DNA of 63,564 nt, filler included, from Phoronis australis (lineage: Eukaryota; Animalia; Phoronida): assembly GCA_002633005.1 (NCBI GenBank). It is 6 parts of 6 records of this genome, joined end to end, with 100 filler letters (N's around TTAATTAATTAA, not from the genome) between each part and the next. Parts side by side here need not be neighbours in the genome. Positions count along the whole stretch, not along the records: positions 31,842 to 52,633 come from NMRA01000329.1; positions 52,734 to 56,166 come from NMRA01003023.1; 4 more parts are not named here. One strand, written 5' to 3'. A model generated the notes under the pieces. It was not told the origin of the DNA. It saw only the letters and a list, made by a program, of their open reading frames with translations, and did not search any database. Position 1 is the stretch's first letter. Each line of letters starts with the position of its first letter. Below are positions 38,801 to 52,960 of this stretch, piece after piece. The position numbers and the translations under genes were made by a program.

Positions 38801-41800
38801 GAGAAGGTATTCGCAACTCAAACATGAAAATATAGTCACGTCCACGTTGTGATGGCAGTTGGCCTAAGACTTTACCGAAAATACAAAAATACAATGAAAT
38901 AAAAGACCGTGGTATGGGTCTAATCTTTTTACTTGAAATCAAAATCGAATTTATTTTGAACATTTTCGCTCTACGTTAGTGCGAACTGTATATATATGCT
39001 GCCCTGTGCTAGAGTGGATCACTGTGTTGTCCTATTTTACAATAGATGGTCCCAGCAAGTTTTAAGACAAATAGAAATCTCAAGTTTTTCATCGAGTTTG
39101 AATCTCTAATCTACAATCGAGTTTGAAGCTCGAATCTACGGTATGAATCCATGGAGAGCGAATTTGGACTGCACACTCGGTTGTGTCATCGGTAATATGC
39201 TCAAGCACAGAATAAATATTTAATGAAGGAGAACGTACATTGTACAACGCCAGGGAAAAGTGCACTGAAAACCGTGCTACTAATCCGAACGAACGGATGT
39301 CAAAAGGTTTTTAGAAACGAAAAAATATCGGAAACGCATCAAATTTCTAGCATGAAATCACATAGAAAGCTCTTCTGATGCATTTACGATATGCGAACGT
39401 TGAATAAAACGTGAAATTACTTCGGAATTTCAGATTATTCCAGGTGGGGAAGTTTTTCCTGGAGCCTGATGAATTTATTTACTTCTCCTCCAATTTTCAT
39501 GGAAATTAATATTACCAACACTGATTCATCGCGCCACGATCAAGCAACTGTACTTTACATATTACATTTCCGTACCATAGGCGTCGGTAAGTTCTTGGTC
39601 TTCAATACAAACTCCTTCTTATATCCGCTCGGGAGCAATATGGGTGTTGTAGACGAAACTATGCGGGGACATGAGGACTTTTTGGTGACATTTCCTGGCG
39701 TACAGACGGCGTTGTCGGACGGGTGCACGCACTTGTGGTCATACACGCACCACTGACATCCCCATCCTCCTCCGGTACAGGTTGTGCACCTAAACAGAAT
39801 GGAAATCTTGATTTTCAAGTGGCGCCCAACAAACTTAAGTTTTTATTACAGTTTATCTAAAAAGGGGTTTCTAACAAAAAATTCCATCAATCTCAGTACA
39901 GTCTGCTTGTGGTAATAATAATAAAGAACAAAAACGTGCGGGAATACTTACGTCGTTGAGGCATTACACGAGAAAAATGTGAAGTTCTTCGATATGAATA
40001 GAATTCCAGTTTCCGAGGAATTAAGTGACAATGGCACTACATTTCGATCTGAAAGGAACAATCAACTTAGACACTTAATATTTGGTTAGAACAGCGTTAT
40101 CTTTGTCCTACATGAATATGTGCTCGTTTTGCGAGGTTACTACCATACCGGGATGTGCCGCTAAGTTTAGTCACAATGATTCCGAATCAGTGAAAAGTGT
40201 CACCCCAGATGTGTTATTGGATTCAATAGTATCGTCATTGCAACGTTTCCAAGAAAGTGTTGCATATTAAAGCCAATTGACTTGAGGATAAGTAGGTGGA
40301 AAATCCTTCGTCAGGACACAGTAGATTCTTCAAACCTTCTGCGGTACACGTAAACACGTCGAAAATTGAGTCAACTATTCCTGTTTGGATTTGTAGCTTC
40401 AGCACTTGTGAGCAAGCTTTTAAAGTTTTAAATATCGGGTTGTTCCATCAAAACAAGAACGCCGTTGACAACCCATCCCGGAGGCGAAAACAGGCTCCCG
40501 CACCTTCAAAACAACTAACCAGCCCAAAAAACACAACCCACACCGTACAGAACACCCGGGGACCGAAACGTCACTCTCACAATTTCTGTCAATCATTGTT
40601 GGATGAAAAATAAACCCTCCTGCTTGAAATTGTGTGGTATGTTGTTTCTCTATATGAGGGTTTTAGACAATTTATGGCGGATTGGCGTTCTGCGGTATTT
40701 TGCTGCTAAAGCTGTGGTGCGATCTTTTGCGTCGGTTGTCGTACCATGAAATATTGTGTCACCTATTGGCCACTTTCTTTTTTCCCCAATCCTTCAATGA
40801 ACTGTTCTTCATCCACCAGGTTGCGTAACTGTCACAACAAATTAAACAACGCTGACACTCGAAAGTCTCAATAACACTTTTGTTTTTCATTTTCGAAAAT
40901 ATTTTTGGACAAACTATTGAATAATCTGAAATTAACTAAATAACAACCTGGCAAGAATATTGGATTATGTTGAAATTCGCCCACATATAAGTTGCACGAG
41001 TTTTACCGATAAAAATCAAATAACAAAGTCAACATAATGAACGCTTAGTTTTATTACTGACAATTTTAACAAGCAAATGCAGAAAACAACTGGAAAGTAC
41101 TCAAATATGCTTTAACTCAAACTTTGAAGCCACAGACAACGGTCTCAGGAAATTTAAAAATTGTTCTATTTTCCTGTCCCATGCCCGGAGTTCCTGTTTT
41201 GAAGAACCCGTCTTGTTTTTTGTGGGGGCTGGTTAGCTGTTTTGAAGGTGCACGAGTCTGGTTTTGATTACGGGATATGTGTTATATACCGGGGTTCCTG
41301 ATTCAATGGAATACCTTGAATATCTTGGAAGAAAAAATCTGCAAATTGAGGCACGATTTAGCATTGATGACTGACGCATTTGTTGAAGGACTGTCCGGAA
41401 TTGCACTAGCAAAACTGTTGTCCTGGTATATTTACAATCTGAGCTTGTGCGCGCTCATTACCAATTCTTTGACAAGACGCAAAAAAGATACATGTAGAGG
41501 GTGTCCAAATTTATTAGACATAATCAGTGTGTTAATTGGCACCATTTGCACAAAAAAGCAGTGTTAGACTCACCACTGCCGTGATCAAACAGCTTCGGAT
41601 CAGGAGTTTCACATCGAACACCAGATGGCGTCTTGGTCGCCGTTGAGGCGATGATACCGAACACACACGTGTACGTGTTGTCTTGAGGCAGTTGAGAAAT
41701 GTTCAAAGATAACTGTACAAAGACAGAGAACTTGATATAAACGCCAGCTTAATGCCATACATGTATGCACTGGGTGTCCCGAAAATGTGATAGCCCGTCA

Positions 41801-44800
41801 AAGTGACAATCACTGCGTTGGGTATTGACTTTAAAATGGACAGGCGACGATCAAAAAGAACAGTATTTGAAGCGGAAGTAAACCCATGCAGTTTCCATCA
41901 CAAAAAAATAACTTTTGATTAAGGGACACTTACCGTTATGATTCTTCCTCAGCCAAATTCAAGGTGACATGAGGGATTTGAAAGAACTGGCAGTTCGTTA
42001 TTGTTTGATACCAGCTCCACAAGTTGGCTTGTCATGGCGTGTGTTTTAATGAGCAAAATCATTCGGTATGCATTCAAGGACTATAAAACTATCAGTGCTT
42101 TTATAAATCAGAAATCACACCATACATGTACAGCAGGCCCAGGAGCAAAGTCTGATTTATGAGTGAATTTGAATTACCCGCTTTGTACTAGAGTGCAAGT
42201 GAAGTGAAGAAGTGAAACGACGAGTTCGGTTGATGCATACAATGCAGAGAAGTCATCGCCAGTAGTTGTTGGCACTCGGACATTTACTCAGAGAATTTGT
42301 TTAACTACTCGTATATGTACGTAGTTGCATGGTAGATTTCATATAATTCAATAAACCCAGGTCACTTTGGCTAGTGAGTTCAAATGTCAAGCGATAGGAA
42401 ACAATAGGCAAATTTGAACTTTTTATTCTAACTTTAAAAAAATAAAAAATCTAATTGAATATCAGAAGCACATCATGGTTTTTCGCCATGACGGACCCTG
42501 CCCAGCTAAAAATTGACTGAAGGTTACCTGAAGCAATATACATGTACAAGAACAGTTTTGCTCCGTTGTTTTGTACATGTATATAGGCGCGAGTGGCTTT
42601 ACCTTGAGCAATGTGTTTTAATTCATCCCATATATGTGTGAATACGGCGTATAATCTCCTGGAGGAGCAAATTGGCGTGAACGCCGAAAATTAGATTGAG
42701 CCCATTCATTTTAGCTGCCTAAAGCATTGATCCAAAGCGTCGTTCCTGAAAAAAAGCAGTTTTATTGCTCTAAAAAACTAAAACTTTCAGCAAATTTAAC
42801 CCATTAAAATTCCGACGCACGGTGGGTGATCAGGCACCATTTTTGGTCTCCACTTGTTTTAATGTAGGTCATCATAGATAGATCAATTGCTTACATAACA
42901 TTCCTACCAAAAATAATTGAAATCAAACGAAAATTCTTTCTTAGGAGTGCATACAGTATAATTATCTACACTAAGATATTTACAAGAAACAGCGACCTAA
43001 TAACGAGTATGGGTATTTTACTGACACAAAAGTCCGCTTGCTGCACCGGATTCCTGGGGTCTCGATTTATTGTCATTTGAATTGTGAGAAAATTTTAGGA
43101 CGCTTTGTAGAACTGTCCGACATTCATCAATATCTTTGAGACTTGTTACAGATAGACAAATCAAATCGTTTAGACAAAGTGTACTTTGCTATTTGGGTAC
43201 CTGATGATGGATCGAATTTTCCCAATGTCTACTTGCAACTAAGTTCGTTGAAACATTGCATTTTTTACAAGATTAGCTACTCATTGTAAAAAACATCTGT
43301 CAGTCAGCCCATTTACGTAGATACATAACATGTGATTCGGAAACCAACAATGGAATCCATGAACAGTGCGTTTACCTAATTCCTTTTAGATCCCCTGCTA
43401 TTGAGTTTAAATGACGAATCTTGTACCGAAATCAAAAAGCACTGCATTTGTTGTCATTTAAGTTGTGAATAAATTTTTGGGAATTGTCCAAATTTCATCA
43501 TTGTCTGAGAGTTATTTTAGACAGGCAAGAAGCGTCCACGTGCACTTTACTATTTGGGGAGTTTTTTCACATATTCAGGCTTCAACTAAATTCACTGAAA
43601 CATCACCATTTCTTAAAATAGTAGATATATTAACATGTAAATTAGAAACCAACGAAGTTGTTTATCAAAACGGAATGTTTTAAACAATTTCTGCAGACAT
43701 GATCGCAGACTTTTGACGGGTAACCCGAGGAACATGAGAGATGGGGCATTCATATTAAAGTCCTTATCTCAAAATGCCAATGTGGCTCCAGTATCAGAAA
43801 ATACTTACCAATTAAAATCTTATTTTTGATACCCTTCCTGTATATTCTTTTCGCCTTTCGAACCAAAAGCGATTTTTGACAGTATTTGACTCTTCTCTGT
43901 GAGCGTATAATTACCGGCTCTCATCGATTATTTCCGTGCCCGCATTTCCGGCTCGTCAGTTCAGGAACTTGTCCTGAACACCGCCATTTTTCCTTGTAAC
44001 TGAATGTGCCATCGCTTGCTCGAAAAGTCTTAATTATTTTGTTTTATTAGTAATATCTCGTGATTTGTTTGTATATGTAGTGTATTTCTAGTTGGTAGTT
44101 AGTGGTCAATAACTTTTTTGGAATGTTACGCGTACTTTTGTCTGTTATGTTAAAATGTCATTGGTGTTTGTTTAGTTCTAGTTATGTTGGTCGGTCGAAC
44201 CGGATTTTTTTCATTTTGTATTTTTTTGTTTTAAAAAAGTACTTTACTATCATCGGAAAGATAATGCATCCTACACAGTAAAAATCGACAAAGCATCAAA
44301 ATCGGGGCAAGCAGTAGAAAGCAGTGCAATTTTGTAGCGAAATTTGGATCACTTTTTTTAGATCGGGTCCGCCATCTTGGACGACAGCGGGGTAAGGAGT
44401 TTAAAACTAAATTGTTTTCGCCAACAATTTACGGTGAAATTTAGTGAGACATATCTTTACTTACTATTCTGCACGATTGAACAGTTTTCACCAACTTTCA
44501 GCCTCGCAGTTGTTACTTATTAAGTGACAAATGTGCTCACAATTCCCGTTGGACTTGGTCTCATTTCTGCCGGCACCGACAACATGGCCACTTGTGCTGA
44601 ACTGAAAGGCATGTTCAACCCGATACTTTGTAATTTTTGAAGATTTAACGTTGATACATTTTGACAAACGTTGCTACAAAAATAAACTAGCATCTTCAGG
44701 AAACATTTCTTGATGCCTTGGGTTTACTACTATACTAACAAGCTGTATTTTGACGATAGTCTACTGCTAACTGACTGTGTGAAACACGAATAACCAGCCC

Positions 44801-47800
44801 GTAATTTTATGCATGTGTCTGAAACTACCTTTGTGTGTATACGGCATTTATGATTCGAATGTTTTACTTCGACAAATAAGCTTGCAACCGCATGCCTTTA
44901 CCGTTTGCCAGTGTCTGGTCTCGGTCCGCACCGGGTCCGATCGGTCCTGCAAAATAATTTCTGTCAAAATGTATTCGCCACATTTCTTCAGCAACTTCGA
45001 TACAATTTATTAACGTTAAGGCGCTGTCGATTATTTTATTCCCGTTTGCAGGCTGGTAACAGACGCTGCTCCAGTCGCACAGACGGCGTATAACAAGCCT
45101 GGGATCCTGAATGAATTGTACTTCCGGGTTCGCGGTAAGTTCAAAAAGGCGGTGTGTTCTTCGAGTCCGAATGCTGAGAAGCGCCTTTATTTAAATTTGA
45201 TTCGATTACAGATTGTGTATTAGTTATGGGGTAGGTACTTTTTGAATCCTTATAACGTCATCTACCCATGTAATAAGGGTTAACAACGTGTGCTTCTTGG
45301 ACTTTAAGGTTTATTTTTGCTCATTTCCAAGATACCTATAACGGTTCCCGAGTTTAACTTGAACTCTGAAAAAGCGAATATTTTGAGTAACCCCATTCGA
45401 CATGTTCACAGTCATCACAGTCGACATGTGTGAATTTATTACCAACAGATCCTAGTAACGACCTTCAAAAGAAATGCTCTTCTTGTGATACTATTAGAAA
45501 AATATAACTAATCATCGGAAGTAACCTTTTTGTGTAATTCACAAATGTAATATTCACGTTCTTCAAAATACAGCTTTTTATGGTGGTCAATCCTATTGTA
45601 TTTTTCCCATTTTTTGGTTGATTGGGTCGAATGTTTCGATACTGCTGTGCTGTGCACAGTTGTTTTGTGTTTTTGACTAAAACTAGCTAAGCTTAAAAAT
45701 AGCCACCTGATCACCGCCGAGTCGGTATTTTATCAAAGTTTATTGTTACTAAGGCAGTAAAACTGCTCTTTCAGGAGCGCCGTCTTGGAGCAATATTGTA
45801 CAGGGATTGGCTCTACTGTCCCGAATTCCTCAGTAAATAACATGGCGTACTGAATTTCCGTATTTTCGCATATATGAAATGAGAGCAGATTCACATGAGC
45901 GCAAGGACCACCGCGCACAAACACGATAGTACTCCTAGGAAACCGCATGTTTCTATCGGACTTTTGGGCAGTACAGTAGGATACAAATTCGCGAAATATT
46001 ATACTACATATACGATGAATCACAAGACTCACAATGGTTGCTTCAGAACCCGTGGAAAGCTGTTCAGTTGGTTCTATGCTCGTAAACTCAATACACTGCC
46101 TGGGATCCACAGTGTAATTGTACCATTTCTTGGGTATACCAACTGCTTGACACTCGGAAGGTAAGGAGCATCTGAAAACATTTAACAACAAAAAATATAC
46201 ACTTTGTATTCACCATTGCTTCTTCATTTGGATTACCACAGTCGGCTCTAGTTAGTGAAACAGGATACATCCATGAAAAGTATCCTACGTTGACACCCGG
46301 CCTAAGCGGTCGAGATTTGGAAACTCGCTCGGTTTGCGCACCACAGAATTTGCCGGTTCAGATCAAAGACACCACGCTGTTGTGGTTAAGTAAATCCCTC
46401 AGGCTGCTGATATAATGCCGACTCTTTAGATAATGATACCATCACTATCGCAATAAGAGCGACAATAGTATTTTTTAATTTTCGTTTTGGAAGTTGGTAA
46501 TTGGCATATTTGAATAGATTGTGAAAAGCACACGTGATCAGGTTTTTGGATTTTGAAAATTGGACAAGAAATGTGACTTTTACAACCTAAGACTTTAGGT
46601 TAATGTTGGAATATGTTCCTTATTAATTCGGCAACATAATGCAGCCAATAACCAAACTACCAGGTAGAGGTGAATTTCGAGGTAAGCCAAGTGTCACCGT
46701 ACAATTCTTGGCATGTCTTAGGGGTTTACTGTGGAGTTCAGTAACTAGGAACGGTAGCGAACGAGGGGGGGGGAGGGCTCAGACCCCAGATCGCGTTCCC
46801 GTTTTTTTAGTCCACCGATAGATTTACTGGACAGAAGGTCCACAACCCCAACCCCCGCAACTTTCGGGCCGCCTGCGCACGTGCAATTGCGCTTTGTCCA
46901 ATTCCCCGGGGCAACATGTTGGCCCCCTTTATGGTATCCTAGATCAGCCACTGTGGTAAAGTCACTGACCACGATATATCTCTGGTCAATTTTATCAAAT
47001 TGAATAAGTAAAAATAACCTCTAAATGTTTGGTGGCTTCGGGGCTTTGAAAGAATTGGGGGTTCGTTCTTCGCTTGAGACCCGAAACTCTACAAGTTGAC
47101 TTGCCACTTCTTGTCATTTTATGAGAAAAGCATGGTCTCAAGGAATGACGAACTGCCAGTTCTTGTAAACTTAGAAATTACTTCTCATATAAGTACGGAG
47201 TAAGTTGTGACCAATTTCAAAGATGGTAAGCAGTTTGTTAGTTCGTGCTCTGAATATCGTTCACACGAGAGCCTCTTGATCCCATCACGTTTAATTAGTT
47301 CCGTTTAACTGTACCGGTAAGGTCCCGAACTTATTTTTGAAACTCTCACTTTTCACTTGCGTGATTTTCTGTGGTGTTGAGTGATCTTGCTTTTCCTTAA
47401 TCAAACTCGCATGGACACATGTCATGTCTGTGTTGTGACATTAGTAATGAGCACAGCAACCAAAGATGGCGTCACCAGGTTGGGATTATAGTGTAAAAAA
47501 CGCAAAGTTTTCTGTAAAAAATATTGCCAGCAAATTTTGCGAATAATCCCGTTTAAAGATGAAGAATTTAAAGTTGGTGTAGTGTACATTGCAAAACTTT
47601 TATAGTTTAGTTGTGTTCTACGAAGTGCTTGCGTTTACCCTGGTGTCTACTTATTACATAGTAGACAAGTTACATTGTACGTGTATGGCAGTCTCATATA
47701 AAAATGGAATAGCCTAGGACTAATAGAACAGCAGAACGCTTACACTCCACCTGGCCCAAGTCCTTATAAGGACACATGTTACTCAGTGTGACCCAATCTG

Positions 47801-50800
47801 TGTGTGGCGCTGTGCAGTGGCGAATTTAGGGGGGGAGAGCATGTCTCACCCTAAAATTCTTGCACATACCATTTGGCAGTTCGGGGTGCAAATTGCTGAT
47901 TAGCATATGCGTAAACCCAGGGGGTCTCGGGGGCAAATGCACAATGCATAAGCATTGAACAAACCCCGTGTACCGTATTTTTAGTAATAAGGTCAACAAA
48001 CCCAAAAATATCGAGGCCCTGCATCCCTACATTTTAGGCTGGGAGCGCGCATGTGGCGAAATTCTGGTTATTCTTGTGGCCTGGCCACTTTTACTCAAAA
48101 TCCTGGATCCGCCCCTGCTGAGGCGCCTTCTATAGAGGAAAGGCGAAAAGACACTTGCGAACAAACTTACTGGCATCACGTGTTTCGCTTGTTTTGCATG
48201 TTACACGAAGATGTGAGTTCGATAACTTTGGTGTCTCGTTAGGAAAGCAAAGTCTAGCGACTTTCCGCAAAACACCACTTTGTATTTCCAATGAGAGCAG
48301 ATGAGTTTGGTTAGATTTGTCTAGGTGCGAGGCAGACACTGAACACTACCCCGGAGCGCATGCTCGACTGAGACAAATTCTGGATTTCACGAGTTTTATA
48401 TTCATCGGTGTAATACACCAATTTTCTGTTGCCTTCGTGCGCATTGGATGTTACAGTTATTGCTATTAATTAGGCGTGAGCGTTTATTTACTGCTTAAAG
48501 AAATAAAATATACAAGCAACGTGTAACGTTGACATGTGCCCACGACTGCACTGCAAGCACTGTGCTTCTAGGAGTGTTCATTTGTATCATAGGAATGACC
48601 ATTAAGTGGCACAGAATACATTGAACCCATCCAAAAATGGAAAGGTGTCGTCGTCCCTCAAAATTCCAAACCACATTTTATGAAAATCCGTCAAAGAACT
48701 CCAAAGATGCAACCGTATAAAACTGCCGTATGGAAACATCTAGTAGTCGCATCCATTCATTAGCTGTCAAGTTGATAGTAATACAAGTGCAAAAATTCCA
48801 GAAAACATCTTGTTAGGGGCTTAAAAAATACAGCCATAGGTGCGAAATAATTTCACTACAGGGCACTGCAGTAGTTGAACCCGTTTGAGTGTCCACGTCA
48901 GTCATCCTCTTGTCAGTAGGAACACTTCTCTCGGTTTTCATAATAACCCTCTGCACGATTTTGTAGATACCGAAGTAAACGACAAAAAACAGACTAAAAA
49001 TAATTGAAATGGCCAGTAGTTGGTGCGCAATACGTCGAATTCTTCATGCTGCCGTCTTCATAATATAAAACTGTTTGCCCAATTTCATGAAAAAGTTACA
49101 GAAGCAAACGTAAAATAATAAAATTGCCACTAGGCAGCACAGCTATAGTTGGATTGGTCTGAAACTGGCCGTGTCATCTGCTGCCAACTCCAGAGAAACA
49201 CATCTGCTAAATTTTAGAAAGATCTTGCAAAATGTAAAGGATATTCAGTAGTGGACTCAAAAAATATAATTGCCACTGGGGGGGAGAGTAGTTGCACATG
49301 TCAGAAAACCAACGTCAGCCTTGGAACAAATATCCGAATTTTGATGATGGTCCTTCAATTGGTTTGGTGGATGGAGAGGGTGATGTCAGGAACGTACTCA
49401 ACAAAATTTAAAATGGCCACCGAGTAGCGCAGAATACGTCAAATCCGCTGGAAAATGAGAAGACGTAGTCGTGTCCTTAATACAAACCTATTTCAAAAAT
49501 TTCATGGTAATAAAAACAGCCTCTATACATCCAATCTAACGGAAAACGGGAACCTGTCAACTATTTAATAGAAACATATTTATTTAAGCTCATGAAAATC
49601 TGCCTAGGAGTTTCAAAGATACAGAGGACAAGGAAAGACAATGAAATTGCAACTAGGAAAGCACAGCGGTAGTTGGGTCCAATCCAAATGTCGTCGTTGT
49701 TCGTTGTCGGCTTCACATCAATACACTTGGGCTTGGGAGATACAGCTATAGACACAAAAATGCCACTAAGAGGCGCCACAGTAGTCTCAGTCGTCCGAAA
49801 ACAAAGACGAACTCTGCCGAAAATGATCACCATCAGTCCTCTTCTCAGTAGAAACATCAACGCCAATTTTCAAAATCATCTTTAGAGTGGCTTGGTTGAT
49901 AGAGATGCGAACACCACAACAAACCAGAAAACAGTAAAAATGGCCACTGACAGCGCAAACTACGTCGAATCTATCCGAAAACGCAACATATCGTCGTTTC
50001 TTTAATAGAAATTTATTAACAAAATTTCGTACAAAATCCATCAAGGAGCTTCAGAGAAACAAAGGAAAAATGGAAAAATGAAATTGCCACTTGGGGGCAC
50101 AGTATTCGTCAGATCCGTCTGAAAGTCGTCGTCCATTGTCAACTTTAATCAAAATGGGGTGATTGATAGAGGGGCGGACGTCATTCGAAAAGAAGGAAAG
50201 ATAGCAACATCTCACTCATAGATCCCCATGTGCCAACTATTATGAGTTGAGGACATTTGAAGACATAGATGTAAATGTACAAATCTGGAGGGCTCACAGG
50301 TAATTGCATCAATCCGTTCATAAAAAGAGCTAGTGTCATGCTTATTCCATGAACATACATCAAAGGGATTTGGAGAGCAGCTGACGCCGGACGGACGGAC
50401 GTACGGCATTATGCGCCCACATATAAATATGGAGGCGCATAAAATTATTGTAAACAAAATGTAGTTATGATATTCATTAAGTAACTTACTTATTTTCCAA
50501 AGTGCACCATCCACAATGCGGGTCACGTGCCGCCACGCAATCGGCGCATGATGTGAAGCTCTCACACTCGTAGGTCGGCACTTTGTAAAGCTGCAATGTG
50601 TTGAGGTGATATTACACGTTGAAAAACTCAATTTTTGGGCACAATATCTATCACACTTGATGCATTTTCAAATGCTTAAATGCCCATGAAATATTTTCGC
50701 TCACCTTCTTTCCTGACATGAGGTAGATGTTCTTCTTTGTATCATCAAATACCATGTCTTCCATCACACGACCATCGCCCAGTGTTAGATTTGTGTATGT

Positions 50801-51737
50801 AACTGTCTCATTAGCACTTTTAACATGGATCTACATCAGAAATATTTGATTATAAGAAACTGTTGCCAATAGTATTACAACATCTAAAACAACCGGCATT
50901 TTGTCTGATCGTAAGTTAGTTCCAGGAAAGCGAAAAATCGTTTTTGATTGTGTACGTATTTGGAACCAGTTTAGACGCTCATAGTACACGAGTTATCACA
51001 CATGACGTGAGTGATGCGACCAAACATTTATAAAATAGAGATGGCCAAAGAAACTTTAGAACCACTGAGCATTGGGTGTTAGTGATGATAGTGGATGTTG
51101 ATCGTCATAGTCCACAAGGAAAACACGAGACTGGTTTGTTTGTGTCCCCCATGCTTCTCACTGGTACATTTACCTTTAGGTGTTTTAATTTTTACTTGAC
51201 TTAAGCTTTGTTATTTCATGTCACACGCTTGTACCTGAATGAATTGAATCAATTAATAATAAACCTAACCGAGGATTAGTGGGGGCCGAATACTAATATA
51301 TTTTAAAAGGTACTTGCTGCGGCGCTTAATGTATACAACATATTTTTCTCTCAAGTGATACAACTGGTAAAAGAGCATATTTTCCCCAGTTTATACTCAT
51401 GTCGGACGGAAAAGCATTGGTTGTCCTATTGTTTCAAGTAATGAGCACTTGTTGTGAAAAAGCGGCAATGTTTTTCAAACAGTTTGCAATTATTTCAATA
51501 CTCTGTTGTTGAAATCTCGTTTTAGTTTACCTTTTTCAACACACCATCTCTAGTTCCAGCGTACACTACCGTATGATTCTCCAATGTCTTTATGGCTATG
51601 GATGACAGTTGACCACTCAGCTCAATAGTCATCGCGGACGGCACACTGATTTTACCCACCACGGGTGTGTTCTGAACGTAGTTCAAATTCCCAGAGAGTT
51701 CACCACAGGAAATGGTGGAGTAGTCTTTTTTCGTTTT
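32805..51737 (-). CDS. Plexin (plexin-A-like) ectodomain: end of Sema, PSI, TIG, PSI, TIG, PSI; partial gene with 10 exons
   Basis: Minus-strand exons 51737-51531, 50830-50705, 50590-50490 (CESFTSCADCVAARDPHCGWCTLENK), 46171-46033, 41712-41574, 40048-39952 (LNSSETGILFISKNFTFFSC), 39789-39576 (CTTCTGGGWGCQWCVYDHKC), 38789-38685 (GYECKV), 38229-38136 (VNISLVWNGDFEIDNP), 32950-32805 (MYKCPLLGPECGIC). All have AG/GT boundaries and chain in phase. Truncated by contig ends. Confidence 0.9.
35226..36849 (+). mobile_element. Kolobok-type internally deleted DNA transposon (inner copy, nested in opposite orientation)
   Basis: TTAA|AGG...CCT|TCAA ends. THAP remnant on + (MPRSC*VPGC...LHRF...HFLPPDY...RLKKGAIPS). 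KolX-like remnant on - at 36332-36151 (GYMFEP...RLG..RCKCTVCTVMPTSMECLYC). Confidence 0.82.
36401..36470. mobile_element. 70-bp mini-MITE (CATG...CATG); related tandem copies at about 26745-26895
   Basis: CATGAGCGGCGCA...TGCGCCGCACATG inverted ends. Absent from the homologous position of the outer Kolobok copy. Confidence 0.6.
40480..41275. mobile_element. Degenerate inverted-repeat element; an internal part is shared with 148-249
   Basis: GCACCTTCAAAACAACTAACCAGCCC near 40500 versus GGGCTGGTTAGCTGTTTTGAAGGTGC near 41226. ATGAAATATT..GTGTCACCTATTGGCCA occurs at both 148 and 40747. Confidence 0.55.
43759..45303. mobile_element. TTAA-targeting non-autonomous DNA transposon (Kolobok-like)
   Basis: TTAA|AGTCC...GGACT|TTAA. 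It splits a repeat whose uninterrupted copy at about 24930-25700 has a single TTAA at 25263. Confidence 0.7.
48600..50444 (-). mobile_element. Helentron-like non-autonomous element, family A copy 3 (more decayed), in plexin intron
   Basis: Hairpin ATGCGCCCACATATAAATATGGAGGCGCAT at 50411-50440, GGAC repeats, degenerate TGCCACTAGGGGGCAC-like units about every 150 bp. Left boundary approximate. Confidence 0.7.
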
Positions 51738-52960
51738 CTGAAGAATTACCAATAAAGGACCCTTTATTATTGTGTATTGAAAAAGACCACATCAATATTA
51801 CATCTAGTCATAAGATACAGTGCATGTCTCAATCGCACTTTAACTTTCTTTAGCTGCTTCCTTGGTAAGTTTAGGAAAGGCTGGGGAAATATAGGTAGGC
51901 ACGTACGAGACAGGTGAAACCAGGGATCTGTACGATAGAGAATGTCACGGATTGACGAAATAATCATAAACAGTGAAAATAACTTGCATGTACATAAATT
52001 TTCATTGTTTCATACCCGCAATGCCTTCGAAAAAAGTCTTCAACTCTCTTTACAAACGACTCTGAGGATCAATGATCTTAATTCAGCGTACAAACTACTG
52101 TAGACGCACACAAAATGACATTATCCGCCCTCATTTGAACGACTGCCTCCACAGAACGGCCGGGCTCGTACATATGTAATTTTCCCTTAGATATACGTAA
52201 TGGTTAATTACTAATGGCAGGTGACTGACCAATTCTAAGTGCACTCTAATTATAACAAGTCTATGAAATCCTCGGTTATAATATTTTTCGGCACATCTCA
52301 TGGCCGGTACTTGTATTATTGCCAGCACGAAACTATATCAGTAACTAACGAACGAACCATTTTTTTGGGGTAAGACAAGGCTTCTCATCTAATTAAAACA
52401 GTATTTTTTGTGTTTTGACCAGCGTACGTGAAATTATTAGTATATTCCGTCAGTGGCTGTATTGCACCTAACTGCTAGACCCAACACAAAACACGATCGT
52501 TCAGTATAGCCGCTAAGGAAAGCAAGACGGAGACATTCTTTCAGATCACACGGACCAGTCACGGCCTGTATTGATCGCGTTGGCTTAGCTCCTTTGTGCG
52601 AAGATTGCCTCAGGGCTCATTGCTGAACCACCANNNNNNNNNNNNNNNNNNNNNNNNNNNNNNNNNNNNNNNNNNNNTTAATTAATTAANNNNNNNNNNN
52701 NNNNNNNNNNNNNNNNNNNNNNNNNNNNNNNNNATCCCATCCGGGGATTTTTTTATTAGGGGAACATCAAAGGGTACATACAAGTCCGGTGCTGGTAGTT
52801 AGCAAATGTTTTCTTTTTAATCTCGAATTCTCTCCGTGTTTCGCCGTGTCTTGGTAGCAGAGTTACATATCTCCCGAGAGGATGGAATAACCCTACGGCT
52901 CTGGTATAGAAGTTGAATCACATGCAATAGATACCGAACTAAACATCACTGTAATGGTAT

